Origin: Eledone cirrhosa
Lineage: Eukaryota
Assembly: GCA_964016885.1 (NCBI GenBank)
Contig: OZ024747.1
Location: 71,362,001-71,426,000, forward strand
Direction: 5' to 3'
Length of the DNA: 64,000 bases
Part shown: positions 1 through 13,569 of the stretch, in pieces
Layout of the letters: every line of letters begins with the position of its first letter
Position numbering within the stretch: position 1 is the stretch's first letter
Program-made: the position numbers and the translations under genes
The notes under the pieces: generated by a model
What the model was told of the DNA's origin: nothing
Seen by the model: the letters and a program-made list of their open reading frames with translations, nothing else
Database searches by the model: none

Positions 1-364
1 TGTTCTCTTGACAACAAACAACAAACAACAAACAAAATGTATATTTAGGTTTAAAAAAGTGCGATGAGAAAAAATGGCTTTCTTCGAACATACTACAACA
101 TATTTCAGAAAAATATTTTAAACGCATTTTTGATTCTCTGAATCTTAATAATTGTAATGGTTTTAGAATAGGTCGGAACAGACAGTTCAAGATATCATTC
201 ATAAATATATGTTTATATATATATGTATATATATATATTTAAAAAGTGAGCACGGCGCTGTGTGGTTACCAATAATTATTATTTAGAAAATCTGAGAGAA
301 ACACGAACACTAGGACAATTCCATATATATACATATATATATATATTATAACACATATACCTTC

Positions 365-433
<69 letters not shown>

Positions 434-463
434 CTAAGAATAATGAGTTCTAAACTCAAGTAG

Positions 464-614
464 ATCCCGTTAAGGGTGAAAGCAACGATTCTTTGCTTAA
501 ACTTTAATCTGTTATTTTAATAAATATTTGCTCTACCGCTCTTATATATTTGATATATATTTATCCTTATCGAGCCCTCTTTGGATTTTAGTCTTCAAAT
601 TTATTATTATTACT
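464..614 (+). mobile_element. Isolated 3' end of the PLE family at 6725-8875, starting within its hammerhead
   Basis: AGATCCCGTTAAGGGTGAAAGCAACGATTCTTTGCTTAAAC...TTATTATTACT is a near-identical reverse complement of ~6725-6878; followed by (AT)n. Confidence 0.8.
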
Positions 615-1125
615 ATATATATATATATATTTCTACGGAAATACTTAAAACATATATATATTAAATAAATTCCACAGTTTGAATGATTTGTATCACTAGT
701 TTCTCCGGGCTCTACTATCTTACAATAATCTATACTACACAGAATATATCGACATATCACTAACCAACACTGTATGTAAAAACATAGGTAAACATTGTCT
801 TTATAAATAACATTTGCGTAGACAGCTATTCAGTCATCTGACATTAACTATTTTCTTTATTATGAAATTGTAATATAACTGTCAAAATGGCCATTCAGCA
901 TATATATATATATATATATGATCTGTTATCAAATTCTCTGCTTTTTTTCGGGGGTATATCTGTTAAATTTTATATAAATAACATATATACTTATATATAT
1001 TTATATTTTAAAGAGGCGGGACACAACGGCTGAGCTCTTGCCGTTCCAACAGCTCTTATAGTATAACCACACCCTACTACCCCAAGTATCGAGTACTCTG
1101 TTGAGTAATGGTCTGATCCATCCTG

Positions 1126-1163
<38 letters not shown>

Positions 1164-3964
1164 TGTATGTTAATGCTGATAGTGGCCTGTTACTCTGTGG
1201 TTTCACAATGTGCATATACGCAGAGAGGGCGTAGGTGACCTGACCTTTAGGTATATACGTATTGCCATCATATATATATATGTGTGTGTGTGTGTGTGTA
1301 CCATTCTAACCTTACATGCATGCATGTGGGCATGCATATGTATGTGTTTTCACATTCCTACATATATGCACTTTGAAAAGTCGGCTATATAGTACAATGA
1401 TAAAATTTAGAAATCATTTTGTAACTACTTTCAAAACTGTTTATTATGAAAATGCTACAGAAGAATGGATTTGCTCCTAGATTTTCAAGATGTGCCAATA
1501 TGTTCTTTCATTTGAGAGAATCGATATAGCAAGCCTCTGACGAAGATTTCTCTGAAATACAGCCAAAGAGGTTAATACAGGCCGATCAGTAAAGTCGATA
1601 AGTCATAAATGTCACTATTTATTTAATATTGACATGAGAGATGATCGACAATTATATTCCCATATTAATGTTCTCAAAAACTACGTTCACAGAATATTTA
1701 TATATCTCGGGTATTTTCTCATCTTTCTTTAATAGTTTCTTATGCTTTATTATTATAAAATTTCTTGAGAGATGATTGGGAGATTAATATGGTAAAGAAT
1801 CATAGAATAGATGTCCTGGAATCATTAGTTATGTCTCTGTTAGGAGTTCAAATCCCTCTAAGAGCTTCTATTCATTCCCTCCCTCCAGATACAAAGAATG
1901 CTATTGTTATAATTGACCAGTTACTCGTACATATTCGCAGTTTCGCTTTTCACCCAAATGATTTCGCTTCATAAATTTGACATGCTTACCTACTTTACGT
2001 TTTACATACACGTCTAGAAAGGCAACTCGCAAAGACTACATCGATTAGGTTAAAGTACACTTTTGCACTTCACTTAACAGTGTCACTTTTCGCAGAATTA
2101 ATTCCGTTTTTTACATTTTACCTACACGTCTTGCTTTTTTTATGTTGATAGAATGTGCTGTGGTATTCGTTTTAGCTCTCTGCGCTTTGAGTTGAAATTC
2201 CGTCCAGGTTAACAGCTTTACTTTCATTCAAGATCGATAAATAAAGTATGTGTCCAGTACAGAGGTTGATTTTTTTCTCTATATCTCTTTCGCTCTTCGT
2301 TTCTCTAACCCTCTCTTCTCTGAAAAAAAAAATCTGTTGTGTTGGCAGCTACAACTTCGATTTATACCTAATATATATATATACATACATCTCCGTGTGT
2401 GTGTACTCAGAATATCCAGTTGCCAGCACGTAAAATCTGACAATCAGCAAATATAAATTTTAGTCAGAAGTCGCAAGATTTAATCATACGATTGTAACTG
2501 TTATTTAACTCTCGCTGTTACGAATACCGTGTAATAGAATGTAAATTACCGGCCAGTCAAGACTAAAATATTGTTTCATTTATCGTTTAATCCAATTTTA
2601 CTTTGCTTCCCCGTCCTATGGAAAGGCATGAGAGTCACAATACACCTCTATACCCTTTCCTGTATCAGAAGAAATCAATATTTTGTCTATCGAAACTTAT
2701 TCCTAATGAAATATTTCAAGATAAAGTTGCTGTCCTGTTTGAGAATGGGTGCGTTTTCAGGATAAAATCTTATATCTAACTCTGTAAATCACTATTGTGA
2801 CTTCATATCTTGCTGTAACTGACTATGATTTGTCCTTCATTTCTTCGATGGCGATAAAAATAATTACTTGTAATATACTGAGGTCCTAAGAATCGATATG
2901 TTTCCCCAGAAGTTTAATTTTTGTATTAAAGCGCCCGGTGCTAAAAATCGCCAATATTACCAGTTATCAACATTCTACAAAGTAGTATTAGAAAAATGTG
3001 TTCTACTCATGCGGGAAGTCTAAATATATTACATCTAATATCCATACAGTTTACTTATATAAAGGTGTCCTTTCTAAGTGTATCATGGGTGTGAGAGATT
3101 AGTAGACGGAATTCAAGTCAAAATGAAATTTCTGCTCTAGATTTTACATTAAAAGACAAATTGAGTTTGTTATAAATCTATTAAGTGCAAAATTTTAGTT
3201 ATAAATCGTTTCCGAATTGAAGTAATTAGATTAAACATTTTTTTTCATTACTTGCTTCTCTTAAAAGCTCAAGGACACAATATATGAACAATTCCAGTTG
3301 AATGATCTGGGAACAAATTTGATAGTTTTTATGGACTAACTTCTTTTCTATTTAATTTCCAACACATAATGATTCTGCTAACGTCGCGTTATATGATTAT
3401 ATATCAGATGTAAATTGGGTTTTTTATATCATAAGGTATCATATCAAAGTTTATTTAATCTTGGAATTCGGAAATGTCTTTATTCGGATGAAGAAATAGA
3501 GAAATGCGTCACTTTATTTATAATATTGTTACTTTGAATAATGAGATAGTTTAAGTAGTTAATTATAAGATTACAAAGTCTATATAACATAATTTGATAG
3601 GTTTTCATCAATTACCATTGCTCATAGACATTTTATATACTATAAATTTAATTTGCAGTCAATTATAAACAAAGGGAATCTATTTCTTTCTGAGATTTGC
3701 GTAAAAAATATTAACAATTAGTGTTATAACAACTGATTATAGTATGTGTCGGCTGTTTCTCGCCTACCATTCGTTCGAATATATTTTATAATGCCTAGCA
3801 ACAAAACAAACGAGCAGATAACCTTTAAGGAACTAAAGTTTGAGTTTCCGTTATTTGAGTTATTCTTTCACTTAACAGAAGTTATAGTTTCGAGAAATTT
3901 CCTTTCCTACGTAAGTTAAGAGATGTTACAATGGCCAATTCGATGTTGAGGCCGTTTACTGGAA

Positions 3965-4105
3965 GTGGCTGCAGCTTAGCCGAATGGTTAAGATGTTCGC
4001 TTCACAACCATTAGATCGACCCATGTCATTTACCATAAATTCGGATCGACCCATACCCTGTGAATGAAATTGGGAAGGTGAAAACTAGTTGAATGCCCAT
4101 CAGAG
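3965..4105 (+). mobile_element. Degenerate tRNA-derived SINE remnant
   Basis: A-box-like TAGCCGAATGGTTAAG plus GTGAATGAAATTGG..GAAAACT body; similar remnants at ~21640-21750 (+), ~56110-56185 (+), ~4600-4670 (-), ~62315-62425 (-). Confidence 0.45.
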
Positions 4106-4513
4106 GAATTTTACTTGTAATTCAGAGGGCCAGTCTTCCTACACGTTTGCCACGCTGAAAATTGTTTGGACTACACACATCAGTAGAATGCTCAGCCTCT
4201 TACATGTTGATTTCACGAGCTTCCAGCTTTATTGATAGAATTACTGGAACACCCATTGTCAGAACTGATTGACATTCATTCTATGTCAACATTTCGGATA
4301 CCATCGCTGGTACATGATTATTTATTATCTACTTATTATTTTTTATTGCAACAGGTTTCCAATTGGTCAAGCATTTCCGATAACACGAGTGATAAGCTGT
4401 ACATTGGTGTAAGTATCACAAAAACACCGATTCCAAAAGCAACGATGTTTCGTTAATCTCGCGATAATTACATCCTTTGAGGATATACATTAGCGAAAAA
4501 TGAAACTAGACTA

Positions 4514-4587
<74 letters not shown>

Positions 4588-4879
4588 GCGCGCGTGCACA
4601 CTTCTACCAAATTCCGTTACTCACAAGGATTTAATCAACGTGTGGCTAAGGGAGTTTGCCTTAGGTATTGTGATTTTTGCAATATTAAAAGAATATTTGG
4701 AATCCAGCCTTGTGTTTATTTATCTCCGTTACTACACCAACCATGAGATGCCACATCTACACATTCATTAAGCCATCCAATATAAATGTTATTATATATA
4801 TATATATATATAAGGCGGTGGACGCCATGCGTAGAGGGTCGGACGCCATGCTTTGACGCATAGAGTTACGGCCCTTGCC

Positions 4880-4990
4880 ATTCTGAGTTCAAATCCCGCC
4901 GAGGTTAACTTTGCCTTTCATCCTTACGGGGTCGATAAAATAAAGTACCAGTAATACACTGGGTAATTGGTGGCCTTGTGCCTAACGTAG
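4880..4990 (+). mobile_element. SINE remnant (tRNA B-box-like head)
   Basis: GAGTTCAAATCCCGCCGAGGTTAACTTTGCCTTTCATCC..GGGGTCGATAAAATAAAGTACCAG; homologous copies at ~2190-2260 (+), 36545-36680 (-), 62495-62635 (-), 62825-62920 (-). Confidence 0.6.
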
Positions 4991-4994
4991 AAAC

Positions 4995-5038
<44 letters not shown>

Positions 5039-5071
5039 ATACATATATGGATTGGTTCATCTGATTTAACT

Positions 5072-5118
<47 letters not shown>

Positions 5119-5120
<2 letters not shown>

Positions 5121-5214
5121 CGAATGGGGTGTGGTTTGGAACCAGATGGACCATAACGCACCCGAGTACTAAATACTTAGGGTAGTAGAGTGGGTAATAG
5201 GAAAAGTACTTTTT

Positions 5215-5219
<5 letters not shown>
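5119..5219 (-). mobile_element. Family B PLE-like 3' end: tail plus 23-bp mini-palindrome in (TA)n
   Basis: Homologous to 5863-5950 and 11061-11135; ends in ATAGGAAAAGTACTTTTTCCTAT. Confidence 0.65.
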
Positions 5220-5285
<66 letters not shown>

Positions 5286-5328
5286 GTATATACATATGTA
5301 TATATATATGTATATACATATATATATG

Positions 5329-5359
<31 letters not shown>

Positions 5360-5514
5360 ATATATGTATATACATATATATATATATATATGTATATACA
5401 TATGTATATATATATGTATATACATATATATATGTATATACATATATATATATATATTATATATATAGTTTTAATCTGGGTATCAAAAAATAAATATGGT
5501 ATTTTTTGATACCC

Positions 5515-5565
5515 AGATTCCTGATGATTTCTAAAGAATGAAACAGTTCTAGTCCTGTAGAATCT
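5515..5565 (+). ncRNA. Type I hammerhead ribozyme (full stem III)
   Basis: AGATTC-CTGATGA-tTTC taaa GAAt-GAAA-CAG ttctagtc CTG-TA-GAATCT: stems I and III pair, GUA cleavage triplet, U.U at the base of stem II; overlaps the end of a perfect hairpin 5473-5519. Confidence 0.75.
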
Positions 5566-5648
5566 CATCTATATTAAAACTTTTATACTCTGCAATGTAT
5601 TGAGTACCTTACTTACTGTGGTTACCTCCGATTAAACCCGGAATAACG

Positions 5649-5696
<48 letters not shown>

Positions 5697-5792
5697 CAAT
5701 ATATTTAGAAACACACAGATACATGCGGACACATGTTTAGGTATGATACATTTTATTACTATTTATATCTAAATGTTTCTTCTCTCTTCATA

Positions 5793-5862
<70 letters not shown>

Positions 5863-5864
<2 letters not shown>

Positions 5865-6066
5865 ACGAAGGAAATGTGGTAAGGAACCAGGTGGACCATA
5901 ACCCACCAAAGTACTCAATACTTAGGGTAGTAGAGTGGGTAATAGGAACGAGTAGAACCCCGACGGCTGAGCTCAAGCCGTTTCGACGGCTAATTCTGGA
6001 CTAAAATTTTAGTCCAGAATTAGCCGTCGAAACGGCTTGAGCTCAGCCGTCGGGGTCCTACTCGTT

Positions 6067-6071
<5 letters not shown>
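5863..6071. mobile_element. Family B fold-back element (130-bp zero-spacer palindrome plus ~79-nt tail) in (TA)n
   Basis: 5942-6006 is the reverse complement of 6007-6071 (1 mismatch), centre CTAAAA|TTTTAG; (TA)n on both sides. Confidence 0.85.
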
Positions 6072-6130
<59 letters not shown>

Positions 6131-6146
6131 GGTGTGTGTGTGTGTG

Positions 6147-6187
<41 letters not shown>

Positions 6188-6273
6188 TATCGTACCACAC
6201 CCTCTTTGTTATATATATATATATATATATTTCGTTTCTGAATTTGTTTAGCAACATGACCCTCCCAAAGTAT

Positions 6274-6403
<130 letters not shown>

Positions 6404-6522
6404 ATGCTTTGGGAGGGTCATGTTGCCAATAAGAAATACACGCACCAGTTGCTTTCACTCCAATTTATTATAAATTTCCGGTTGGTTGGTTGGTTCCATA
6501 ACCGTACGGTTGTTCATATATT

Positions 6523-6565
6523 GTCAAAGTTCTTTCGTCACACATTCTGTGACCTCTTCAGTGAC
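6523..6565 (-). ncRNA. Minimal type I hammerhead ribozyme in element 6398-6657
   Basis: Minus strand GTCA-CTGAAGA-g-GTCAC agaatgt GTGAC-GAAA-GAAC-TT-TGAC. Confidence 0.65.
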
Positions 6566-6652
6566 TGGTGATTCTTTTCTTTGTTGTTGTGCCTCTCCTT
6601 TGTTCTGTCCTACGCCATCTTGTTTTTGTGTTACTAAACAAATTCAGAAACG

Positions 6653-6728
<76 letters not shown>

Positions 6729-6834
6729 ATAATAATAAAATTGAAGACTAAAATCCAAAGAGGGCTCGATAAGGAAAATATATATCAAATATATAAGAAC
6801 CGTAGAGCAAATATTTATTAAAATAACAGATTAA

Positions 6835-6885
6835 AGTTTAAGCAAAGAATCGCTGTTTTCACCCTTAACGGGATCTTCTGAAACT
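6835..6885 (-). ncRNA. Hammerhead-like motif (CAGAAGA core variant), 3' pLTR copy
   Basis: Mirror copy of 8802-8852 with one stem III mismatch. Confidence 0.55.
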
Positions 6886-7813
6886 AACAAAGTCAATCTG
6901 TAAACTCAGAACTGGATATTTCAAAAAACGTTGCAACCGGAGGAAGACAGGAAGACGATACTTTGGTTCGTGGTAGCGTTCGCTGGCAAAGAACGGGAAA
7001 AAACGAATAATACGTCATTAATAGGAGCGGTGAAAAACAATTACGCGCAAAGACAAAACCACGTTTATGGTATAAAAGAGGTCGAAGACTAATGTTCTCT
7101 TAGGTGGTGCATAGAGACGTTCTCTGGCAATGAACGAAAAAACGAAGATAATAAGTCATATGTGGAGCGTGGAGAACAATAGCACGCAAAGACAACACCA
7201 CGTAAATGGTATAGCTGAAGTCGTAGACTAAAATTCTAACAAGGAGACCAAATGAATCTCCGCTACAGAGTTAAGAACAAAGTAAATAAATACAATACAG
7301 AAGTAATAGGAACAAATAAATACATACACGCAAACAGATACGTACATACACAAGCATACGCAAAACCTTACCATGGGTATACAAAACTACGCACATATAA
7401 ATATGTGTGTGTGTGTATGCTTGTGTACAAATAAATAAATAATTATATAAACGTATATAAGTAAATAAATACGTATATAACAAGCGCACACGCATACCTA
7501 CATATAAATACACGAATGTTCGGAGACGTAAGTCAACTAAAACAAGAAGTACACATATACACACACCCACCATACGTACGAACCTGCACACTCACGCGGA
7601 CGCAAAACTCCCGTATACACATAGCCAAACCCTAAATACCAGAATATGTAAAAATTATACGCTATAACAGTCAAATATACGTACGAGAAGGTATACATAC
7701 CTTCACAAAACTTACGGGTAATATATACTTACCTATGCAAATACGTAAAGGAATAAACAAAACATATACTTAGCTACCACATCAAGACGTAAAATATCCA
7801 CGTATAGATCGTG

Positions 7814-8728
7814 CTATCCGTTAGGGTATAACGTGGGGCTGTAATACAGGAAAGTTTTGTGCAATTTATGTTTACAAGCCGAAATTGCCTCAGATTTTTT
7901 GTTTAAGATGTGGTCTGTGGCGTAGAGTATTTCCAGGGCCTCAGCGGCGCAGAGGTCACATGGTCTTTTATTTCCGTTATACGATCTAGCCTCAGCTAGG
8001 ATCTCCCAGTGTAACTTATATTGGGTGTGGTTGTCTTTTAGACTCCAGATATAAGCTGAAAGTGACGTCATATTCCTTCTTGGAGGGTAACGAAAAGAAT
8101 GGGTATGCATGTAAAGACACTGCTTGAAACTATTGGCGGTTAACCCTATGTAGGCCCTACGGGACGTGGGTGTTACAACCTTACATTTGTAGACAATGTT
8201 ACTAGAGAGGCATTTCCCGGATAGGGGGCAATCAGCCCGATTCCTACAATTACAGTTAGTACTACCTACAGGGTTGCACGTGTTCCTACGGCTAGGTAGT
8301 TTAGCTAAATTTGAAGCTGTGATGTTATGTGCAAGGTTAGGAGTCGTAGAGTAAGAAATTTTAATAGTATTTCTATTAAAAATGTTACTATATTTATGTG
8401 TAGGGGGAAAATGCTTCTTAATAAGGGAAAGAAAGATCTTAGCTAATGGTGTGGCCATCTCCATATTATATGGTGGGTTAAACCAACAAATGCGACGGGA
8501 TCTATTTCTTCTAGGTCTATTTTCGTACACTGTATATGCTACCTTATCTACAAATCCGCTTCGAGCAAGAGCTTCATTGTAATAAGTGGAATGGTCGTTG
8601 AAAATGCGCTCGTTGGTGGAAAGACGGGAAAGCCTCAACGAAACGTTTCTTACCAGGTTCTTGGTTATGCTGGCAGGATGGTTGGAATGCTTACTTATGT
8701 AATTAAGCGTATCATTCTGCTTTCTATA
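7814..8728 (-). pseudogene. PLE ORF C-terminus: RT thumb + Cys linker + GIY-YIG endonuclease
   Basis: Frame stays open beyond the track start: YRKQNDTLNYISKHSNHP (thumb), WFNPPY, CNCRNRADCPL, IVY..YIG, CDLC..E, LN. The Arg seen in FKLRY of the 26.6-kb copy is Cys here. Confidence 0.85.
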
Positions 8729-8801
8729 CCGTCTTCCTGTCTTCCTCCGGTTGCAACGTTTTTTGAAATATCCAGTTCTGCGTTTACAGATTGACTTTGT
8801 T

Positions 8802-8852
8802 AGTTTCAGAAGATCCCGTTAAGGGTGAAAGCAGCGATTCTTTGCTTAAACT
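8802..8852 (+). ncRNA. Hammerhead-like motif (CAGAAGA core variant), inverted pLTR copy
   Basis: AGTTT-CAGAAGA-tCCC gttaa GGGt-GAAA-GCA gcgattctt TGC-TT-AAACT: stems I, II and III all pair. Confidence 0.65.
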
Positions 8853-8868
8853 TTAATCTGTTATTTTA

Positions 8869-8917
<49 letters not shown>

Positions 8918-8922
<5 letters not shown>

Positions 8923-10697
8923 GTGAGGTTTTTTTACAAAATGAAAAATAACCGAGGTGTCCTACACGAATGAAAGTATAAAGAAAAAAGATGAAATCGA
9001 AAATGCAACTGGAGTCTTATTTTTTTTAAAATAGATATATTTATTTGGTCCCTTTACCGGTTTCGCAGTTCTTCTGCTTTTTAAAAGTAGAGTTGAGATG
9101 GAGGGTCTGTGGTTTTTCTCACATCTGGTTGGTCTTTGAATGTTACTTGTTTTATATGGAAAAAAAGTGGCTCGAAACGCCAGGTTTTTAGAGAAGTAAT
9201 TTGATTGGTTGGTCAATAAGTATAATAAATTTCGCGCCAGTTCGCGTTACAAAGGTCTTCAAACAAGGGGGGGGGTGCTCAGGTTGTTTTTTTTATATAT
9301 GAGTGTTTGTATTACTTTTTACTTTAAAAAAAGGGGCTCACGAAGGCTTTTTTTTTAAATGTAATTTGATTGGTTATAGATGAAATTATGGTTGTCACGT
9401 GAACAAGTTCATTAAATTTCACGCCCGTATTTGGGAATTTGTTTTGTAGCCTTTTAGAGAATTTTATGACAATAAAAAAACACACACAAAATATATATAT
9501 TCTCTCCTTCTTAACATACTCCCACACACACACACATAACACCCATATACACACACACACATCTCCCTCCCCCATTTCTACCAATAGAATCATCTTCCTA
9601 TACACACACACACACACAAACACACAAATAAACATACATATGTCTACTTTCTTTATTTCAATAGAAAACCTGAACTCTGACACCCCAGCGAACTAGCCAT
9701 ATTCACTGAACCAGAACAATTCTCCCATCCCATTTCTCTTGACCATTCTTTTGCTTGTCATAGAATTCTCTAAATGGCTACAAAATAAATTCCCAAATAC
9801 GGGCGCGGAACTTGTTCACGTGACAGTCATAATTTCATTCATAACCAATCAAATTGCATTTATTTTTTAAAATCTTCGGGAGCCACTTTTTTTATTCTCA
9901 TAAAATTATGTAAAAGGCTACAAAATAAATTCCCAAATACGAGGGTGAAATGTTAATGAACTTGTTCACGTGACAGTCATAATTTCATTTATAACCAATC
10001 AAATTGCATTTTTTTTAAAAAGTCTTCGGGAGCCACTTTTTTTATTGTCATAAAATTATGTAAAAGGCTACAAAATAAATTCCCAAATACGGGGGTGAAA
10101 TTTTAATGAACTTGTTCACGTGACAGTCATAATTTCATTTATAACCAATCAAATTACATTTAAAAATAAAAAAAAATAAAAAGCCTTCGTGAGCCACTGT
10201 TTTTATTGTCATAGAATTCTCTAAAAGGCTACAAAACAAATTCCCAAATACGGGCGTGAAATTTAATGAACTTGTTCACGTGACAACCATAATTTCATTT
10301 ATAACCAATCAAATTACATTTTTTTTTAAAAAGCCTTCGTGAGCCCCTTTTTTTAAGTAAAAAGTAATTCAAACACTCATATATGAAATAACAACCTGAG
10401 TCCCCCCCCCCCCCCTGTTTGAAGAACTTTGTAACGCGAACTGGCGCGAAATTTATTATACTTATTGACCAACCAATCAAATAACTTCTCTAAAAACCTG
10501 GCGTTTCGAGCCACTTTTTTTCCATATCAAACAAGTAACATTCAAAGACCAACCAGATGTGAGAAAAAACAAAGACCCTCCATCTCAACTCTACTTTTGA
10601 AAAGCAGAAGAACTGCGAAACCGGTAAAGGAACCAAATATATAAATATATTTTTTTTTAAATAAGACTCCAGTTGCATTTCGATTTCATCTTTTTTT

Positions 10698-10700
<3 letters not shown>
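8918..10700. mobile_element. Family D non-coding fold-back element with ~500-bp inverted arms and decayed hammerheads, in (TA)n
   Basis: 8977-9480 is an inverted copy of ~10200-10700; each arm has GCAG aagaa CTGC-GAAA-CCGG-TA-AAG with a decayed core (10594-10629 +, 9052-9087 -); left arm has ~59 nt extra. Confidence 0.75.
9750..10350 (+). repeat. ~120-130 bp tandem repeat x5 with E-box and CCAAT motifs
   Basis: Unit AAAAGGCTACAAAATAAATTCCCAAATACGGG..CTTGTTCACGTGACAGTCATAATTTCATTTATAACCAATCAAATT. Confidence 0.85.
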
Positions 10701-10766
<66 letters not shown>

Positions 10767-10842
10767 AAGGTTGCAGGTAATTGCGTCCGTAGGCGGTATG
10801 CCGGTTGAGTACTCGATGCTCACGCAGAGCAGAGTATATTAT

Positions 10843-10948
10843 TATAGATAACGAGGAATCAGTAATGCATCAAATCACAATTGACGAAGAAACATGTAAT
10901 ATGTTAATAAATGGTGGTTTGATGCATTACTGATTCCTCGTTATCTAT
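10843..10948. repeat. Short inverted repeat (~35-bp arms)
   Basis: ATAGATAACGAGGAATCAGTAATGCATCAAA ... TTTGATGCATTACTGATTCCTCGTTATCTAT. Confidence 0.8.
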
Positions 10949-10959
10949 CTCTATATATA

Positions 10960-11052
10960 TGAGAGCGTACCGACATTTTGGTACCCTTGAAATATAGATA
11001 ATAAAATAAATATGGTTTTATAAATATAGTTTCCATTTATTAATATCATTGA
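10960..11052 (+). mobile_element. Family A PLE 3' end fragment starting within the hammerhead
   Basis: TGAGAGCGTACC..GGTACCCTTGAAATATAGATAATAAAATAAATATGG..CCATTTATTAATATC matches 44496-44585. Confidence 0.75.
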
Positions 11053-11060
11053 TATATATA

Positions 11061-11381
<321 letters not shown>

Positions 11382-12747
11382 ACAGCGCTGATTAAGGGTG
11401 TTGCCCATGGCAATTACTCGTCCCTATATATAAAAACAAATACTGAATTATAGAATACAGAATTATTACGTGATAAGTATTGTTGTGTCTGCCTAAAAGT
11501 GAGTTGTGTAATACACATATCAGTGGGTTTTGTGGTAGTTGAAGATGCTGCAATAGTGCTGCAATAAGGCCCTGATCTGTCTTGTCTATGCACGCTGGTA
11601 GTTATTTGTTATTATTGATAGTCATAATGGTGATATTAACGTTTGTTGTTTTTGTTTTTTTGTTGTCATTATATAGCGACCCCTCCTATTTCCTATTGCA
11701 GCTTATTTTGATTGATTGTTTTAACGTCATTGAAAGGTTGATAAGTCACAAACATGGCGTATTTTAACGTTGTATAACAGAACATGTGGGTTTCCTTAGT
11801 AGTTTCTAGATGGTGTACTCTATACAACATAGTCACTGTTTCCTGTTCTACTACGATGGAGACCTATGACGAGTCGAGCTTTCATTTTGTCCTGTTTAGT
11901 TCCAGCCGTGGCTAAATTCTTAACTATATGATTTCCGATTTTATCCCACAGAACAGAAACTTGTGAATATGTCTTTTATTATAGCTTCGGGTCGACCACC
12001 AAATGGTAGAGAGAGAAAGAACATATGTAGAAAAGTAGGGGGAAATGGGAGAAGAGAGAGAATTGACAAGTATGTATATGGTTGCTGAGACATGGCTGTT
12101 GTGAAGTAGCGCTAGAATAAAGGGAGATAGGAGGGTTGCAAGGGAACTAAATAAGGTATCAAAGGAGACTTGACAAGAGTTGTTTGTGTAAAGACAGATC
12201 TGTACACTTGAGGCTATGGGTATGTATGCACTCAATGCGTGCAGGAGGATGGGAAGAGGTTTAGAGAAATTAGGTGGATGAGTTCAATCCGGATGAATTG
12301 GAGGTGTGTAAACGGAAAACAAATTGTTGTTCTCAGCTTAGTCTGGACTGGTTTGTCCCATGGTGGAGACAGACTCCGAACACGTTCAAGTTTTCGGGAG
12401 ATCAAAAGTGACGGGAGACGGGGGAATTGTTTCTGAGCCGATTGTCACGACGATGTTCAGTAAAGTGATCTGCCAGTCAGCACCTAGTCAGGCCGTTGTG
12501 AAGAGCGGGGCCGCTTGAAAAAGAAAAATAAAGATGATGAATTTGATGGTGACCCATTGCCTAAAGGTTATAAAATGTATTAGAGTTATAAAGCGGTTAA
12601 TAGTAATTGAAGTGATAGTATTGTTAACATTTTAGTATCTGCAGCTGTTATAGTATTAATTCATAGAACAAGTAATGTTAATATTAATGGTAGGGCGGTG
12701 GGTTGGCAGTATCGGTAGAGCGTCGGACCACAAGCTTTGCGACATAG

Positions 12748-13302
12748 GATGGTGGTGGTGGTGGTCGTGGTGATGGTGGTCGTGCTGGTGGTGATGGTGC
12801 TGATGATAGTGGTCGTGCTGGTGGTGATTATGGTGATGGTGGTGGTGATGGTGATGGTGGTGGTTGTGGTGCTAGCGGTGATGGTGGTGATGGTGGTGGC
12901 GCAGGTGGTGATTGTGCTGCTGGTGGTGGTGATGGTGGGAAATGTGACCGTGTCGGTGGAGCTACTGCTGAAGGTGATTATGGTGCTGCTGATAGTACTG
13001 GTGGTGCTGGTGGTGCTGGTGGTACAGGTGGTGCTGGTGGTGGTTATGGTGGTGGTGCTGGTGGTACAGGTGGTGCTGGTGGTGGTTATGGTGGTGGTGC
13101 TGGTGGTGGTTATGGTGGTGGTGCTGGTGGTACAGGTGGTGCTGGTGGTGGTTATGGTGGTGGTGCTGGTGGTACAGGTGGTGCTGGTGGTGGTTATGGT
13201 GGTGGTGCTGGTGGTACAGGTGGTGCTGGTGGTGGTTATGGTGGTGGTGGTGGTGGTGGTGGTGGTGGTGGTGGTGGTGGTGGTGGTGGTGCAGGTGCAG
13301 GT
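12748..13302. repeat. (GGT)n-derived imperfect trinucleotide repeat
   Basis: GGT runs with GCT/ACA/TAT interruptions; similar tracts at 14625-14830 and 18720-19230. Confidence 0.9.
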
Positions 13303-13569
13303 GATAGATATTGACATGATATTATATGTAAATTATACCGTATAAACTGTCGTTTATCCCTATCTAAATTTTGATCAAGCAACTAAATGATGCTAGTCGT
13401 TCCATTCATGACCATCCTGTCGTTTTTCAGACATAATGTATCTATTATACATTAGTGAATGTTTTTTTTTCTAAGATAATAAGCTGTGATTTGAGGGAGA
13501 TTTGGCTACCATATCTAGCATGTCGAGTGATTGCGTATAGACTCTCTTGGATGTTATCCAACTATCTTG

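Larger units (their letters stand above)
6725..8875 (-). mobile_element. 5'-truncated Penelope-like retroelement with inverted pseudo-LTR, inserted in (TA)n
   Basis: GIY-YIG ORF on minus strand; 3' end ~6810-6957 repeated inverted at ~8730-8875; ~140-bp diverged tandem duplication in the 3' UTR (6977-7240); (TA)n on both sides. Confidence 0.9.

Noticed and set aside
9750-10350. CRISPR-like regular repeats
   Set aside because: Whole units repeat with no unique spacers, no cas genes, eukaryotic context
11880-12440. Possible LINE endonuclease remnant (also 45650-46050)
   Set aside because: Only vague motif resemblance; cannot be supported without a profile search
12661-13345. Poly-Thr mucin-like and poly-Val ORFs
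   Set aside because: (GGT)n repeat with no codon variation, signal peptide or splice support
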